Program-made: the position numbers and the translations under genes | Notes under the pieces: generated by a model | Seen by the model: the letters and a program-made list of their open reading frames with translations, nothing else | Told to the model about the DNA's origin: nothing | Database searches by the model: none | Source: a virus | Lineage: Duplodnaviria; Caudoviricetes | IMG/VR virus record: IMGVR_UViG_3300024255_000080 | Span: 1-35,459 of that record | Length of the DNA stretch: 35,459 nucleotides | Strand: one strand, 5' to 3' | Shown here: in pieces, positions 18,637 to 28,331 of the stretch | Layout: each line of letters opens with the position of its first letter | Numbering within the stretch: the first letter of the stretch is position 1

Positions 18637-20142
18637 CTATTCCTTTAAATCTGCCACCTTAGTTGGCCACTCTCTTCTAATTAGAGTAACTTCTTGAGAT
18701 AAACCAGTTTCAATGTCATAGTTTATGTTTATGTTTTCTATTATATAGAATCCTGTTAAAAACCTATCTACTACCTGTGAATTAGATTCTTCATCGACTC
18801 CAGATCTTTCGCCGCTATCAGGCACTATTGCTTGTTCAGTAAAACCTGCTTCGTCTTGTTTAGCTTGTGCTTCTTCAGCTGCTTTAATTTTTACACCATC
18901 ATAGTGATACATTAACAATGGAATTTTTTGAAACTTATATATTGCAGGATTAAAACTACTTAAAGTAACTTTTACCTTCATTTTCTGAGTTTCCATTTCA
19001 TTTTGTTTTTGGAACAACTTAGAGTAAATAGCATTTTTATGTGTATTACCTAAACCATCGTCACCTGCATTTTGTCTACCCATGTATTTGAACTTAACGT
19101 TTTGTTGATAGCGTTCTTCTGTTCTTTTACCTTTAAGTGGTTCTTCAATGTCTCTAAGATTTGTTGAAGATAATGGTTCTATATCAAATTGCTGTAATCT
19201 ATCAGAATCACTATTATTGTCATAGATCATTATATTTCTTTTGTTACCAGCTTTTAAACTTATTTTACTAGAATTATTGATAAGCTCAACTTTATCGGCA
19301 TAATTATTCATACCTTGTACCTCACGATTATTAGTAAGCATTAATGGCATTTCAATATCGTCAGGATCTTCACCATCTCCATTACCTTCTTCACCCATAG
19401 ATTGTGCAGATGAAGCCAAAGCTACTTGTAAATCATTTATATCTGGGTTAGAAGAATTAAAAATCTTATTTACTTCAACGTAATTCAAATAATAATATTG
19501 ATCTATGTAAAATTTTGTAAAAGATTCCTCATCAATATAAGCGTCTTTTGCGATTGATTTAATAAACTCTAAATAAGTTTCATATGCTTGTATTCTGGAT
19601 TGACTATCATCGGTTGCGTCAATATTAGTTGCAAGTCCAATTTCAAGTTCTCGAGCTACTAATTCAAGATGATCTAAAGAACCTGCAGCATCTAAAGTTT
19701 GACAATTTTCTGCAAATAGTTTAGGTATTTTAGCAATTCCTGACATATTGATCGTTGCTGGCTCGCCATCAACTTCTCTTTCGTTTGTTATCTCTGTAAT
19801 ATCAAAGTCCATATGAATAGACTTAAACGTTTCTTGATTTTTAGAATTTATTAATAAAACAAATGTATCACCGTCTCTTGGATAGTGATCAACATCAAAT
19901 GCTTGTTTATTATCAACAACACTAATATTACATTTAGGTACTATGCCTGATAAATCTAAATCCACGCTTTGTATATTGTCTCTACCAAAAACGTATTTGT
20001 TTACAGATATGAACGGCTCAATATTACCAGTTTGTTTAGTTTGTTTATCACCTCCATTTTCTTCACCAGCAGCATACATTTCTATTTCTGAAGGCATTAA
20101 TGCTGGTTCTACTACTGCTAAAATATTATGTTCTAAATCCAT
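18637..20142 (-). CDS. Baseplate hub protein, gp27 / late-control-D-like
   Basis: 501 aa; FYIDQYYYLNY core and C-terminal DRFLTGFYIIENININYD...QEVTLIRR match the hub-family LSG.Y.I..I.H...T.L.L.R motif; upstream of the spike gene. Confidence 0.7.
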   Translation of the reverse strand: MDLEHNILAVVEPALMPSEIEMYAAGEENGGDKQTKQTGNIEPFISVNKYVFGRDNIQSVDLDLSGIVPKCNISVVDNKQAFDVDHYPRDGDTFVLLINSKNQETFKSIHMDFDITEITNEREVDGEPATINMSGIAKIPKLFAENCQTLDAAGSLDHLELVARELEIGLATNIDATDDSQSRIQAYETYLEFIKSIAKDAYIDEESFTKFYIDQYYYLNYVEVNKIFNSSNPDINDLQVALASSAQSMGEEGNGDGEDPDDIEMPLMLTNNREVQGMNNYADKVELINNSSKISLKAGNKRNIMIYDNNSDSDRLQQFDIEPLSSTNLRDIEEPLKGKRTEERYQQNVKFKYMGRQNAGDDGLGNTHKNAIYSKLFQKQNEMETQKMKVKVTLSSFNPAIYKFQKIPLLMYHYDGVKIKAAEEAQAKQDEAGFTEQAIVPDSGERSGVDEESNSQVVDRFLTGFYIIENININYDIETGLSQEVTLIRREWPTKVADLKE

Positions 20143-20160
20143 CTATTAATTGTAATTAAC

Positions 20161-21012
20161 TTATTTTGCACAAGGACTATCATCGCTTGGCGGAGTATTC
20201 TGATCTGAACCAGATTCATTATCACCTCCATTGTTATTATCGCCAGTGCCGTCTGCGCTATCGCTTTTTCCACCAGTGTCCTCATTTGATTGGCCATTTG
20301 CTCCGCTATTAGAACCTCCTTTACCAGAACCTCCTTCCAACGCTTTATCCGCTTGTGTATCTGTAAAACCGCTTTCATCACCATTATTGGTTCCATCACC
20401 TGTTGTTCCATCATTATTGTCTCCGTTGCCTTGTTGTGCAAGTATTGCATCTCTTTTACTTTGGGCATTTTCAGCATTTTGTGAAGCAATAACCTCAGCT
20501 GTAATGGATTCTGTAACAGGATCTGTTTGAACCTGTGCACCCATTCTAACTTGATTACCATTGAATTCGTAATTTTTTCTACCAACTGGAATTACGTTAG
20601 GTGGCAAAAGAGTTTCTTTGTTGTATTTCTTTTTAAGTGCTTCTATTCTTCTTTGATCTTTCTCACTCAGTCTCTTAGTGTCTACAAATTGTCTTTTAAC
20701 AATATTATCTTCAATAGACATTGGTCTTTCTAATCTATAGTATGCAGTATCGGGTGAAGGTACTAATATAACTTCACCTGGCATTATACTAAATGGATCC
20801 GAAATCCTGTTGAATTTTAAGATCATGTCAGTTTTAGTATGATCACCGTAATACTTTAGCGCAATTAAATCAGGTCTAACTTTATCATCTTCAGTAACAA
20901 CGTGTTCAGCTATGATTTCAGCATTCGCTTTGTTTCTAAACATCATGGTTGGCTGAGTCATGACTAGTTTGACTGTATTGTAAGTTTTATTTAATAGTGT
21001 TTTAAAATCCAT
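20161..21012 (-). CDS. Baseplate wedge protein, gp53-like (LysM-type) with a disordered G/D/N/S tail
   Basis: HVVTEDDKVRPDLIALKYYGDHTKTDMILKFNRISDPFSIMPGEVILVP is the gp53/LysM RPD.IA...YG......I...N.I.DP signature. Confidence 0.85.
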   Translation of the reverse strand: MDFKTLLNKTYNTVKLVMTQPTMMFRNKANAEIIAEHVVTEDDKVRPDLIALKYYGDHTKTDMILKFNRISDPFSIMPGEVILVPSPDTAYYRLERPMSIEDNIVKRQFVDTKRLSEKDQRRIEALKKKYNKETLLPPNVIPVGRKNYEFNGNQVRMGAQVQTDPVTESITAEVIASQNAENAQSKRDAILAQQGNGDNNDGTTGDGTNNGDESGFTDTQADKALEGGSGKGGSNSGANGQSNEDTGGKSDSADGTGDNNNGGDNESGSDQNTPPSDDSPCAK

Positions 21013-21026
21013 AGTATATTGTAATT

Positions 21027-22862
21027 TTATCCAGCGTTAAGATCTGAAACTCTCTTAAGGAATGCCTTAGTAACGTGAGCAGCGGTGTTGTCTTTATTAC
21101 CATACGCACTTGTATCAAACATTTGATTAACATCGATTGATCCTTCAACGTCTGGTTGTAAGTAAGATCTACCTCTACCTGCATTAAACATTGATTCTAT
21201 TTCACTTTTATCTCTAGGTCGACCGGGCTTCATTTGCACAGTCAGCTTTAATTTACTAGGAAAACCTTCATATCCTAATGGTCCATCAAATTCTATTTTA
21301 CTTTCCATCATTGCTAAGTTTCCACAAACAATCATTGGATTCATAGGATTACCTATAGTAACATGCCATTGGCCAGTTGGGTCACCAGTTAAGAAAGCTG
21401 CAACAGTTGAAGCACCTTGTGGACTATTCATCATTTTCATTAAACCACCACCTACAATATTATCTAAAATCTTAGAGTCACCCAATGCATTTAAACCTTT
21501 ACCATTAGCAACACCTTTCACTGCATTACCAAGATCACCCATTGCAAATGCTGCTCCACCTTTTATCTGAGTAGCAACTGAACCTAAAAAGCCTTTATAA
21601 TCACCACTTTTAAGTTTAGCTATATCACCAAATGGTTTACCAACACTACCACTACCTAAACCTCTAGTAGCACCACCCCAGAAAGGAGCGTTGTTATATG
21701 TTAATGCGAGTATGTTAGATAATGTGTCCATGAATGCAACCTTAGGACTCGTATCTGCGAAACCTTTAAGATCATAATGAAAATTAAGTTCAAATGATTG
21801 ATCAAATTCTAAACCTTGTTGTTTAGTTAATACTTTTTTAATTACATTTAAAGGACCAAATACTTTGTTAGGATATGTTTCACTAGTTGGATCCCAACCA
21901 GCACCTTTATCTTTTATTCTAATAGCTTGTTCAGGACTAACGTTATTTGCACCTGCGTTCACTGCACTCAATAATGGACTTCCATCAATCATTGCACCTA
22001 GTTTACCTTTTTTACCAGCACTTGCTGTAATTTTTTGAATTTCTGATTCTACTTCTTTCCAATTGAATTTAGTTCCAAACTTAAGAATGTTTTTCATTTC
22101 ATTTCCTAAAGAAGGCGACATCCATGTTATGGCTCTAGCAAGGTCTGGCATTGAACCGTCGACTGGTTTACCATCTTTACCAGGAATATTCATATTCTTA
22201 AGATCATCTTGAACAGGGTATGGAAATCTTCTTAGAGTAATTAAATAATCGTTCGATATTTTACCATAATGTTCTGCTTGTATAAAATCATTATAACTAT
22301 ATGTGTATGCAATAGAAGGATGTTCCTTAGATTCATTTACGATATTACTAGCAGTTGGATTATATGCTTCTTTTAAATTGTGATGGAATACAGCGTGATT
22401 ATAAGAGTCTTTACCACTTGCCATATCATCTTTAGAAGAATCTGAACGGTTTTTATATTTGTGTAAAGACCACGCATTCATTTTAGAATTAAGTCCTGCA
22501 CCCGCAGATACAGTTTGACCTGCATCCTCTATTTTGTCTCCACCCGTTCCACTAACTGTTTTACCAACAGTGTATTTTCTGGAGTCAACATCATTTACAC
22601 CATACATGCTATTAGCACCTGGTGGTGTATCTTGTGCACCTGAATCTATTGTTGTATTACCTTGTGAATCTGGTTTAACTTCTGGCTTTGGAGTAATAGG
22701 ATAACCTAAAACTGGATGGTACACATATGTGAATTCTCCAGTATCTGCATTTTCGACAATAGTGAACTTAGGTGTTTCGAATTCATCGCCGTTAGCCCAA
22801 GCTAATGTAACGTAAGCGTCAGTTGCCCCAGGTCCGACATATGTAAAATTTGAATCTGCCAT
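21027..22862 (-). CDS. Baseplate-tail tube junction protein, gp48-like (611 aa)
   Basis: First gene of the baseplate operon, before gp53-like; C-terminal FELNFHYDLK...WHVTIGNPMNPMIVCGNLAM...IEFDGPLGYEGFPSKLKLTVQMKPGRPRD fits a tube-cap fold; Gly/Ala-rich inserts. Confidence 0.55.
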   Translation of the reverse strand: MADSNFTYVGPGATDAYVTLAWANGDEFETPKFTIVENADTGEFTYVYHPVLGYPITPKPEVKPDSQGNTTIDSGAQDTPPGANSMYGVNDVDSRKYTVGKTVSGTGGDKIEDAGQTVSAGAGLNSKMNAWSLHKYKNRSDSSKDDMASGKDSYNHAVFHHNLKEAYNPTASNIVNESKEHPSIAYTYSYNDFIQAEHYGKISNDYLITLRRFPYPVQDDLKNMNIPGKDGKPVDGSMPDLARAITWMSPSLGNEMKNILKFGTKFNWKEVESEIQKITASAGKKGKLGAMIDGSPLLSAVNAGANNVSPEQAIRIKDKGAGWDPTSETYPNKVFGPLNVIKKVLTKQQGLEFDQSFELNFHYDLKGFADTSPKVAFMDTLSNILALTYNNAPFWGGATRGLGSGSVGKPFGDIAKLKSGDYKGFLGSVATQIKGGAAFAMGDLGNAVKGVANGKGLNALGDSKILDNIVGGGLMKMMNSPQGASTVAAFLTGDPTGQWHVTIGNPMNPMIVCGNLAMMESKIEFDGPLGYEGFPSKLKLTVQMKPGRPRDKSEIESMFNAGRGRSYLQPDVEGSIDVNQMFDTSAYGNKDNTAAHVTKAFLKRVSDLNAG

Positions 22863-22881
22863 CTATAATGTTGTGTTTATT

Positions 22882-22935
22882 TATATATCTTAACAATTAT
22901 ATTACATTAATATAATTATCTGTAAGGTATATATC
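22882..22935 (-). promoter_or_regulatory. Two tandem GATATATA motifs (22928-22935 and 22882-22889) at the head of the baseplate operon
   Basis: AT-rich ~70-nt gap at the boundary between hypothetical genes and structural genes. Confidence 0.65.
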
Positions 22936-23533
22936 AAACCCATTCTACATCGTCCATTTCAGAAGATTCTGGACGATATAGGAGATCAACACTCCAGTTT
23001 GGATCAGAAGGTAAACGATTACCTAAGAATTTTTTAAGTGATGCAACAAATTCACCTTGAGAATTATAGAAGAATTCACCCGAACTATATGTTGCCCTGT
23101 TAGAAAGCTCATACAGCTCCTTCATACACATTTCTATTTGAAACGTTTGTATATTATTAAATAGTTTAATCTGTTCACTGCGCGTCTTAGTACAGAACAC
23201 GGAGTCTACTGTGATTAAGTAGTTCTTCCATTTATCACCATTGAATAAATTATCCTCTATTTCTTTAACTGTACTGTAACCTGCTCTTTTGACATTTATC
23301 TTAGTGTCCTTTCCTTCAAAGTTTTTAATAAACCTTCCACCAAAAATATTCTTCTTTAAGAAGTATGCGTTATCATAAAACTTTTTAATTCTTATTTGAT
23401 ACTGAGGATTGGTATCGTCAAACTTTACGTCATAGATAGTTGCCCTAACTGGAATAAGTACGTTAGGTTGTTGAGTAGTGGAGATTAATGCTTGGACTTG
23501 TTCTCCTTTTGAAAATAGTTTGTGTTTAATCAT
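22934..23533 (-). CDS. Hypothetical protein (199 aa)
   Basis: Overlaps the upstream ORF stop by 8 nt; N-terminal FSKGEQVQALI...ATIYDV...YQIRI may be SH3/KOW-like (weak). Confidence 0.65.
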   Translation of the reverse strand: MIKHKLFSKGEQVQALISTTQQPNVLIPVRATIYDVKFDDTNPQYQIRIKKFYDNAYFLKKNIFGGRFIKNFEGKDTKINVKRAGYSTVKEIEDNLFNGDKWKNYLITVDSVFCTKTRSEQIKLFNNIQTFQIEMCMKELYELSNRATYSSGEFFYNSQGEFVASLKKFLGNRLPSDPNWSVDLLYRPESSEMDDVEWV

Positions 23534-23930
23534 TATCTATAAACTTAACATTATCAAATCTACTGAGGACACCTCTTTTAGGGTAATCACATCTATTGAT
23601 AATAGTTAAGTCTAAGCTAATATCACGATCTTGAACAAGATCTTCTATAAAGTCTTTAAAACCTAAAACACTTCTAGTGTCAAGTTCTTTAAACATATAC
23701 GCAATTGAAATCTCTTCAACTTCACTAGAATCTGTGATTAGTTTTTGTAACATCTTTCTAATATAAAGTGCTACAATGATATGTGACGGTTCTGATCCAT
23801 ATGGATCACTCTTAATCAAACGATTAAAAATATCAAAATATGATACTGCGAGATCATAATCTCTAGATTTCGCTAATTTTTCAAATTCTGTTTTAGTTTT
23901 GCACCAGACGCCGTCTATCTTTAAAGTCAT
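23526..23930 (-). CDS. Hypothetical protein (134 aa)
   Basis: Coupled to the upstream gene by TAATG overlap; no motif recognised. Confidence 0.65.
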   Translation of the reverse strand: MTLKIDGVWCKTKTEFEKLAKSRDYDLAVSYFDIFNRLIKSDPYGSEPSHIIVALYIRKMLQKLITDSSEVEEISIAYMFKELDTRSVLGFKDFIEDLVQDRDISLDLTIINRCDYPKRGVLSRFDNVKFIDND

Positions 23931-24250
23931 TATTGTATTTGTGATCTATAATACTTAAGCTGCATCTCAAGTTCTTTGACCTTTAGTTTTAGTTCTTTTT
24001 GATTAGGAGTGTATTTTACGCCCCATTCTGTTTTTATAACCATCTCATTAGCATCTAATTGCGTTCCAGTTGACATGCCTAAATCCATAACTAATTCCTT
24101 AAGAAATTTAACTTGATTTGTTCTTGTCTTAGAACCTTCAAATTCATATACAGTTCTAGATGTGTACTCTTCTCCTCCTCCATTGACATTATCATCAAAT
24201 ACAAATTTGATTAATCCATTGTCCGCAGGTTCTATACTAATTGTAATCAT
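23930..24250 (-). CDS. Hypothetical protein (106 aa) with C-terminal coiled coil
   Basis: MITISIEPADNGLI start; ELKLKVKELEMQLKYY coil; tight packing with neighbours. Confidence 0.65.
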   Translation of the reverse strand: MITISIEPADNGLIKFVFDDNVNGGGEEYTSRTVYEFEGSKTRTNQVKFLKELVMDLGMSTGTQLDANEMVIKTEWGVKYTPNQKELKLKVKELEMQLKYYRSQIQ

Positions 24251-24258
24251 TCAGTAGA

Positions 24259-24651
24259 TTATTTTGTTCTGTTAGCCCTTAGTTCTTTAACTTGTGCTAA
24301 CAATTGCTTTCTTTTTTTCTTATCTTCTCGATAAGTCTCTTTATCTTTAATTGCACTAAGAGCCCACGCTTCTTCTAATAATTCCATTTCAGCGGCATCA
24401 TAACCTTGTTCTTTCCATGAGATTTTAGCTACGTCTAACGCTGCTTCTAATCTAGTAGCATTTAGTTCTTCGATTCTAGCAGTGTTTTCTGCATGTAGTT
24501 TCTTACCATATGCTATGTTTTCTGATCTTACTTTAGATCTTACTTCACCAAAATACGGCATTTTAGAAAGTGCTTTAATAATACCTTGTTGTTTTAAGTA
24601 AGCTCTTCGTTGTCTACGATTCGGTGCTGTTTGATTTTGTTGTTGTTCCAT
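24259..24651 (-). CDS. Hypothetical basic helical protein (130 aa) with NRRQRR motif
   Basis: PNRRQRRAY Arg-rich motif at the N-terminus; K/R-rich C-terminus. Confidence 0.65.
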   Translation of the reverse strand: MEQQQNQTAPNRRQRRAYLKQQGIIKALSKMPYFGEVRSKVRSENIAYGKKLHAENTARIEELNATRLEAALDVAKISWKEQGYDAAEMELLEEAWALSAIKDKETYREDKKKRKQLLAQVKELRANRTK

Positions 24652-25195
24652 TGTAATAGTTTTTAATGAATGATTCTATTTGTTCTTTTAGTTGCTCTCT
24701 TAAATTATCTATCTGACTTTCTACGAGCAGTCCAATTTGATTATTAAGATCTTTTTTAGTAATGTCCATCTGATCTTTAAATAGATCATAAACTTCTTTT
24801 GAAGGAATGTTAACTTTAACTGGCATTTGTGCATGATTTTTAGCACTCATTTTTCTGAGCATTTCCATCATTACATTAATTTCAGCGGGTTGAGTTTCTT
24901 GTACTGTACTTTTAATTACCTTAACATCAGTTTTGGTATTGACATTAGGTTTTCTTAAAGTAGATGCTGCAGGATTTAGATCTAGTGCCAACATGTTAGC
25001 ATCTTCTTCGCTTTTAGCCTGAAATAACATTTCACTTAACAAGTTACGTGCACACCTAGAGCCATCAGTGAAAGCAATAAAATTTGCATCTGATTTAGTT
25101 AGGTCTTCAGTAACTATATTACCTGCCCTTTCTGTTTTACTCCAAACAAAAATCTTTGCCGGAACTTCCTTAATTTCTTTTTGTTCTACACTCAT
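24614..25195 (-). CDS. Hypothetical protein (~193 aa) with C-terminal coiled coil
   Basis: Track start 25270 overlaps the upstream ORF; ATG at 25195 (MSVEQKEIKE) with an A-rich leader is more plausible. Confidence 0.6.
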   Translation of the reverse strand: MSVEQKEIKEVPAKIFVWSKTERAGNIVTEDLTKSDANFIAFTDGSRCARNLLSEMLFQAKSEEDANMLALDLNPAASTLRKPNVNTKTDVKVIKSTVQETQPAEINVMMEMLRKMSAKNHAQMPVKVNIPSKEVYDLFKDQMDITKKDLNNQIGLLVESQIDNLREQLKEQIESFIKNYYNGTTTKSNSTES

Positions 25196-25223
25196 ATCTT
25201 CTTTAATTTTAAGCGGTTTACGC

Positions 25224-25445
25224 CTATTTCGTAGAGCCTGATATATTGTTGTTAACAGTTCTACTATCATTATACTCTTGTTTTATAAATTGTTTAATAA
25301 AATCAATTGAACCTTCAGGCCCGATGATTGCATCTCTCTTTTGAAAGGGTACACACCATCTCTCTATAAATTTCTGATTTCCATTTTTAATTAAGAATTC
25401 TTTTAATTCCTCTACTTCCGGTAAATACATTTTGTTAAATCCCAT
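25224..25445 (-). CDS. Hypothetical protein (73 aa)
   Basis: Starts 3 nt after the oxygenase stop (TAAAAAATG); MGFNKMYLP start; fills the gap in the operon. Confidence 0.6.
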   Translation of the reverse strand: MGFNKMYLPEVEELKEFLIKNGNQKFIERWCVPFQKRDAIIGPEGSIDFIKQFIKQEYNDSRTVNNNISGSTK

Positions 25446-25448
25446 TTT

Positions 25449-26030
25449 TTAGTTTTCTGTGTCAAAGAAGAATGTCTGAAACAATCTTCCGTTATTAATA
25501 TCTGTTCCAAAATAATCTAGAGAGGTGTGAAACAAATCACCTTGATAAATGACTAATCTATTGTATACGTTTCCAATAAAATCTACCATTTCCCATTTAG
25601 TCATGTCTCTCGAGTCTCTATATAGTACATCTGTCAACTCAACATCTATTTCTCCATTAGAAAGTCTAGGTATCTTATATAGACCAGTTGCTTTATGTTT
25701 AAAAATTCCAGTTCCACCAGTAAGTGGTGCATTTGGTGTTAAATATAAAACTCCAGCCCATTTGTTGTTTTCATCTGCATGCATCCAACTTCTGTCTTCT
25801 TGTGTAGTGTACTGAAATGCTCCAGTATATTCTTCAGTTACCCATGTTATTTTACCATGAAGTGGTACCATGTGATCAGATATGTATTGTTTGATACTAT
25901 CATTTAGAAAGGGAAGTGTTCGGTTTCCGGGGAAATTACCACTAATTGAATAGTCTTGTTCTAGTGCAAAATCTCTAACTTCTTCAGGATTCTCGTAAAA
26001 ATCATCTATTATTATTGAAGTATATGCCAT
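25449..26030 (-). CDS. 2-oxoglutarate/Fe(II)-dependent oxygenase (DUF6445-like)
   Basis: IIIDDFYENPEEVR, FPGNRT, HxD triad motif WMHAD, WAGVLYL, GGT, YNRLVIY...FH (distal His), RLFQTFFF (2OG-binding Arg). Confidence 0.85.
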   Translation of the reverse strand: MAYTSIIIDDFYENPEEVRDFALEQDYSISGNFPGNRTLPFLNDSIKQYISDHMVPLHGKITWVTEEYTGAFQYTTQEDRSWMHADENNKWAGVLYLTPNAPLTGGTGIFKHKATGLYKIPRLSNGEIDVELTDVLYRDSRDMTKWEMVDFIGNVYNRLVIYQGDLFHTSLDYFGTDINNGRLFQTFFFDTEN

Positions 26031-27760
26031 TATTTTATAGTTTTAAGCCTTTCTAAAAAGGATGGAGGGAAGAATCCCTTCTTATTTATCAGGTTTTTAA
26101 AGCTAGCATCCAGGATATATGTAATAGCCCAATCACTCTCACTTCTTACTGATCTACCGACACCTTGCATAATACTAATACCAGTTTTCCAATCATACCA
26201 CTCATTTGAAGTATTTAATTTGGCTTTAATAAGCGGTTCGTTTAGATTAGGATATGGTACTTTAAAGAAGATTTGAAAACGACTAATATCATCCTTAAGA
26301 TCTAGACCTTCTAATAATGATGGTCCCATTAACACTGCGTCTTTTTTCTTTTTAAACAACTCAATCATCCCTGCTTTCTCTCTAGAATTTTCATAATCCA
26401 TTAATCTAAAATTATGCTTAGTGTTTTGTTTAATGTAATTAGTAAATTCATAGGATCCAGTGTGTATGATACCGCGCTGTCCCTTGTGTTTATCAATAAT
26501 TTGATCTAAGATAGCAACCACATGTGGTAAGCTTTTAACCTTCTCTCTATATGTGAGCTTGTGTCTGTTTACAAAAACAACTGGAGATTTATCGTAATTA
26601 AATACATTATCTAATCTAATAAATTGTGCGTTCTTAATTCCCATTATTTTAACAAAAGATCTAGGATCACCAATAGTGGCACTCATAAATACTTTAAATC
26701 CTGATTGCTCATGTAGATACTTGTTAATCATAAGCGCCTCTTCTACACATTTGAATGTAGATTCTTCTTCTCTTTGGTCTAATACCATTTTATCCACGCC
26801 TACCAGTTTTATTAAAGCAACATAATCGTTTATTTTACAATGTGTGTCCTTTAATCTATCAAATACACCAAATGCTTTTTGCCAATCTCTAGGAAGAGTC
26901 TGACTTTTATATCTAAGCTTAGCTGCTTTATTACCTTCGTTTCTGATTTTGCCATATACTTTAAGAATGCTATCAAATTCTTGTAACGCTTCGAAAACAG
27001 TAGACTTATCGCCTTTCATTAAATCATTAATAAGACTTGTTAGTTTACCACGAGTATATGCACTGCTACCAAATCCTTGTTTATTAGAAAATCTAGTAGC
27101 TTCTAATATTTTATCTACTAATGAAGGATCAACTCTAGGGCTAAAATGACTTTGAACTATTTCATCTATTTTATGTGCTTCGTCAAAAAACACAAAATCT
27201 CTTTTTTCAAATGGAACTGGTCTATCATCTAGTTTCATTTTAGCATCAACATAATTTCTTTGAATTAACCAGAATGCATAATTTAATAAAGCGATAGGTT
27301 GCTCAATGGCTCTAGATCTATTTTGTAAATATTCACAAGAACTGTAACATGATAATTCTTTAGCAGCTTCATATCCCATGCCTTTTAGTTTACAATCTCC
27401 TAATGAGAATGGCAAACCATTGACACTGCATTCATAATTGTCTACACCTCTAATAGATGGCCAATTTAATTTAAGTCTCATAAAATCAGATTCGTACTGG
27501 TCTTGTAGTGTCAAATCACTGGTTACTAAGTAACCTCTTTTACCATGTTCTTTTAGAATATATGATGTCCACATTGCAATTAAAGATTTTCCACTCCCTG
27601 TCGGTGCGTCAATTACGACAGTAGAATCCGGATCTTTTTTGTAAGCTTCACATATTTTAGTAATGATCTCTCTTTGATTCTTTCTGAATTCAAATCCCTT
27701 GCCAAAAACACTAGTCTCTAGTGCGCCATCAATAATTTGATCTATAGATCGTTCCAGCAT
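26030..27760 (-). CDS. DinG/YoaA/XPD-family SF2 DNA helicase with probable Fe-S cluster
   Basis: Q motif FRKNQ, Walker A APTGSGKS, four Cys (NYEC...GDC...SC...CEY), DEAH, MSAT, EGLD, KVPYP, QGVGRSVRSESD, YILD. Confidence 0.92.
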   Translation of the reverse strand: MLERSIDQIIDGALETSVFGKGFEFRKNQREIITKICEAYKKDPDSTVVIDAPTGSGKSLIAMWTSYILKEHGKRGYLVTSDLTLQDQYESDFMRLKLNWPSIRGVDNYECSVNGLPFSLGDCKLKGMGYEAAKELSCYSSCEYLQNRSRAIEQPIALLNYAFWLIQRNYVDAKMKLDDRPVPFEKRDFVFFDEAHKIDEIVQSHFSPRVDPSLVDKILEATRFSNKQGFGSSAYTRGKLTSLINDLMKGDKSTVFEALQEFDSILKVYGKIRNEGNKAAKLRYKSQTLPRDWQKAFGVFDRLKDTHCKINDYVALIKLVGVDKMVLDQREEESTFKCVEEALMINKYLHEQSGFKVFMSATIGDPRSFVKIMGIKNAQFIRLDNVFNYDKSPVVFVNRHKLTYREKVKSLPHVVAILDQIIDKHKGQRGIIHTGSYEFTNYIKQNTKHNFRLMDYENSREKAGMIELFKKKKDAVLMGPSLLEGLDLKDDISRFQIFFKVPYPNLNEPLIKAKLNTSNEWYDWKTGISIMQGVGRSVRSESDWAITYILDASFKNLINKKGFFPPSFLERLKTIK

Positions 27761-28248
27761 ATAACTTCTTTTACTTCGATACCTGCTTTCTTTAAAAGCT
27801 CAACGCCTGCCATATCTCTATAGTCCTCTGAGAAAAATACTCGCTTAATACCTGATTGAATAATTAATTTTGCGCAGTCAAAGCATGGACATGTAGTAGT
27901 ATAAAGATCTGCGCCCTCAGAAGAGAGCGTTGATTTACTAATTTTTGCCAAAGCATTTGATTCTGCATGTAAAACTTCTCTTTTAGTTACCTCTTTAGAA
28001 CAGCATCCATCTTTACAGTCATATCCCTTCTCCATTAGAATTAACATATGGTCAGGATTATCGACACTTCGTGTTTGTGTTTCTTCACACTTGTTATCGA
28101 AATTGTATGGTGTACCGTTATATCCTGTGGATATGATCTGTGTATCTTTTACAATAACACAACCTACGCGTCTTCTTTCGGCATAGGATAGTTTGGCTAT
28201 TTGGTAAGCCATCTGCATGTATATTAAATCTACTGGTATTCTAGGCAT
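27742..28248 (-). CDS. dCMP deaminase (ComEB/DCTD family)
   Basis: RRRVGCVIV, STGYNG, HAESNA, PCFDCAKLIIQSGI. Start moved to ATG 28248 (MPRIP) because the track start at 28284 lies within a terminator hairpin. Confidence 0.92.
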   Translation of the reverse strand: MPRIPVDLIYMQMAYQIAKLSYAERRRVGCVIVKDTQIISTGYNGTPYNFDNKCEETQTRSVDNPDHMLILMEKGYDCKDGCCSKEVTKREVLHAESNALAKISKSTLSSEGADLYTTTCPCFDCAKLIIQSGIKRVFFSEDYRDMAGVELLKKAGIEVKEVICWNDL

Positions 28249-28261
28249 ATCTCGTTTAAAT

Positions 28262-28290
28262 AAAAAAGTCCATGTATTATACACGGACTT
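28262..28290 (-). terminator. Intrinsic terminator after the head-protein cluster
   Basis: Minus strand AAGTCCGTGTA-TAA-TACATGGACTT-TTTT: 11-bp stem with one G-U pair followed by a U run, ~40 nt downstream of the 28332 stop. Confidence 0.75.
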
Positions 28291-28331
28291 CTTAAAAAGT
28301 TTAATTAAAATATGATTGGAATTATACTTCC

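Noticed and set aside
18619-18639. Possible TAG readthrough or recoding fusing the hub gene in frame to the next gene
   Set aside because: The gap is in frame but has a second TAG and a promoter-like motif. Other TAG-ending genes (32755, 34138, 27742) are followed by out-of-frame starts, and long ORFs tile the window under code 11, so there is no sign of stop-codon reassignment.
20133-20585. 150-aa Met-rich minus-strand ORF overlapping the gp53-like tail
   Set aside because: It is an alternative-frame by-product of GAT/AAT/GGT low-complexity codons; no slippery site or protein-like features were recognised.
28249-28284. Track start of dCMP deaminase at 28284
   Set aside because: It falls inside the terminator hairpin; ATG 28248 fits the family N-terminus better.
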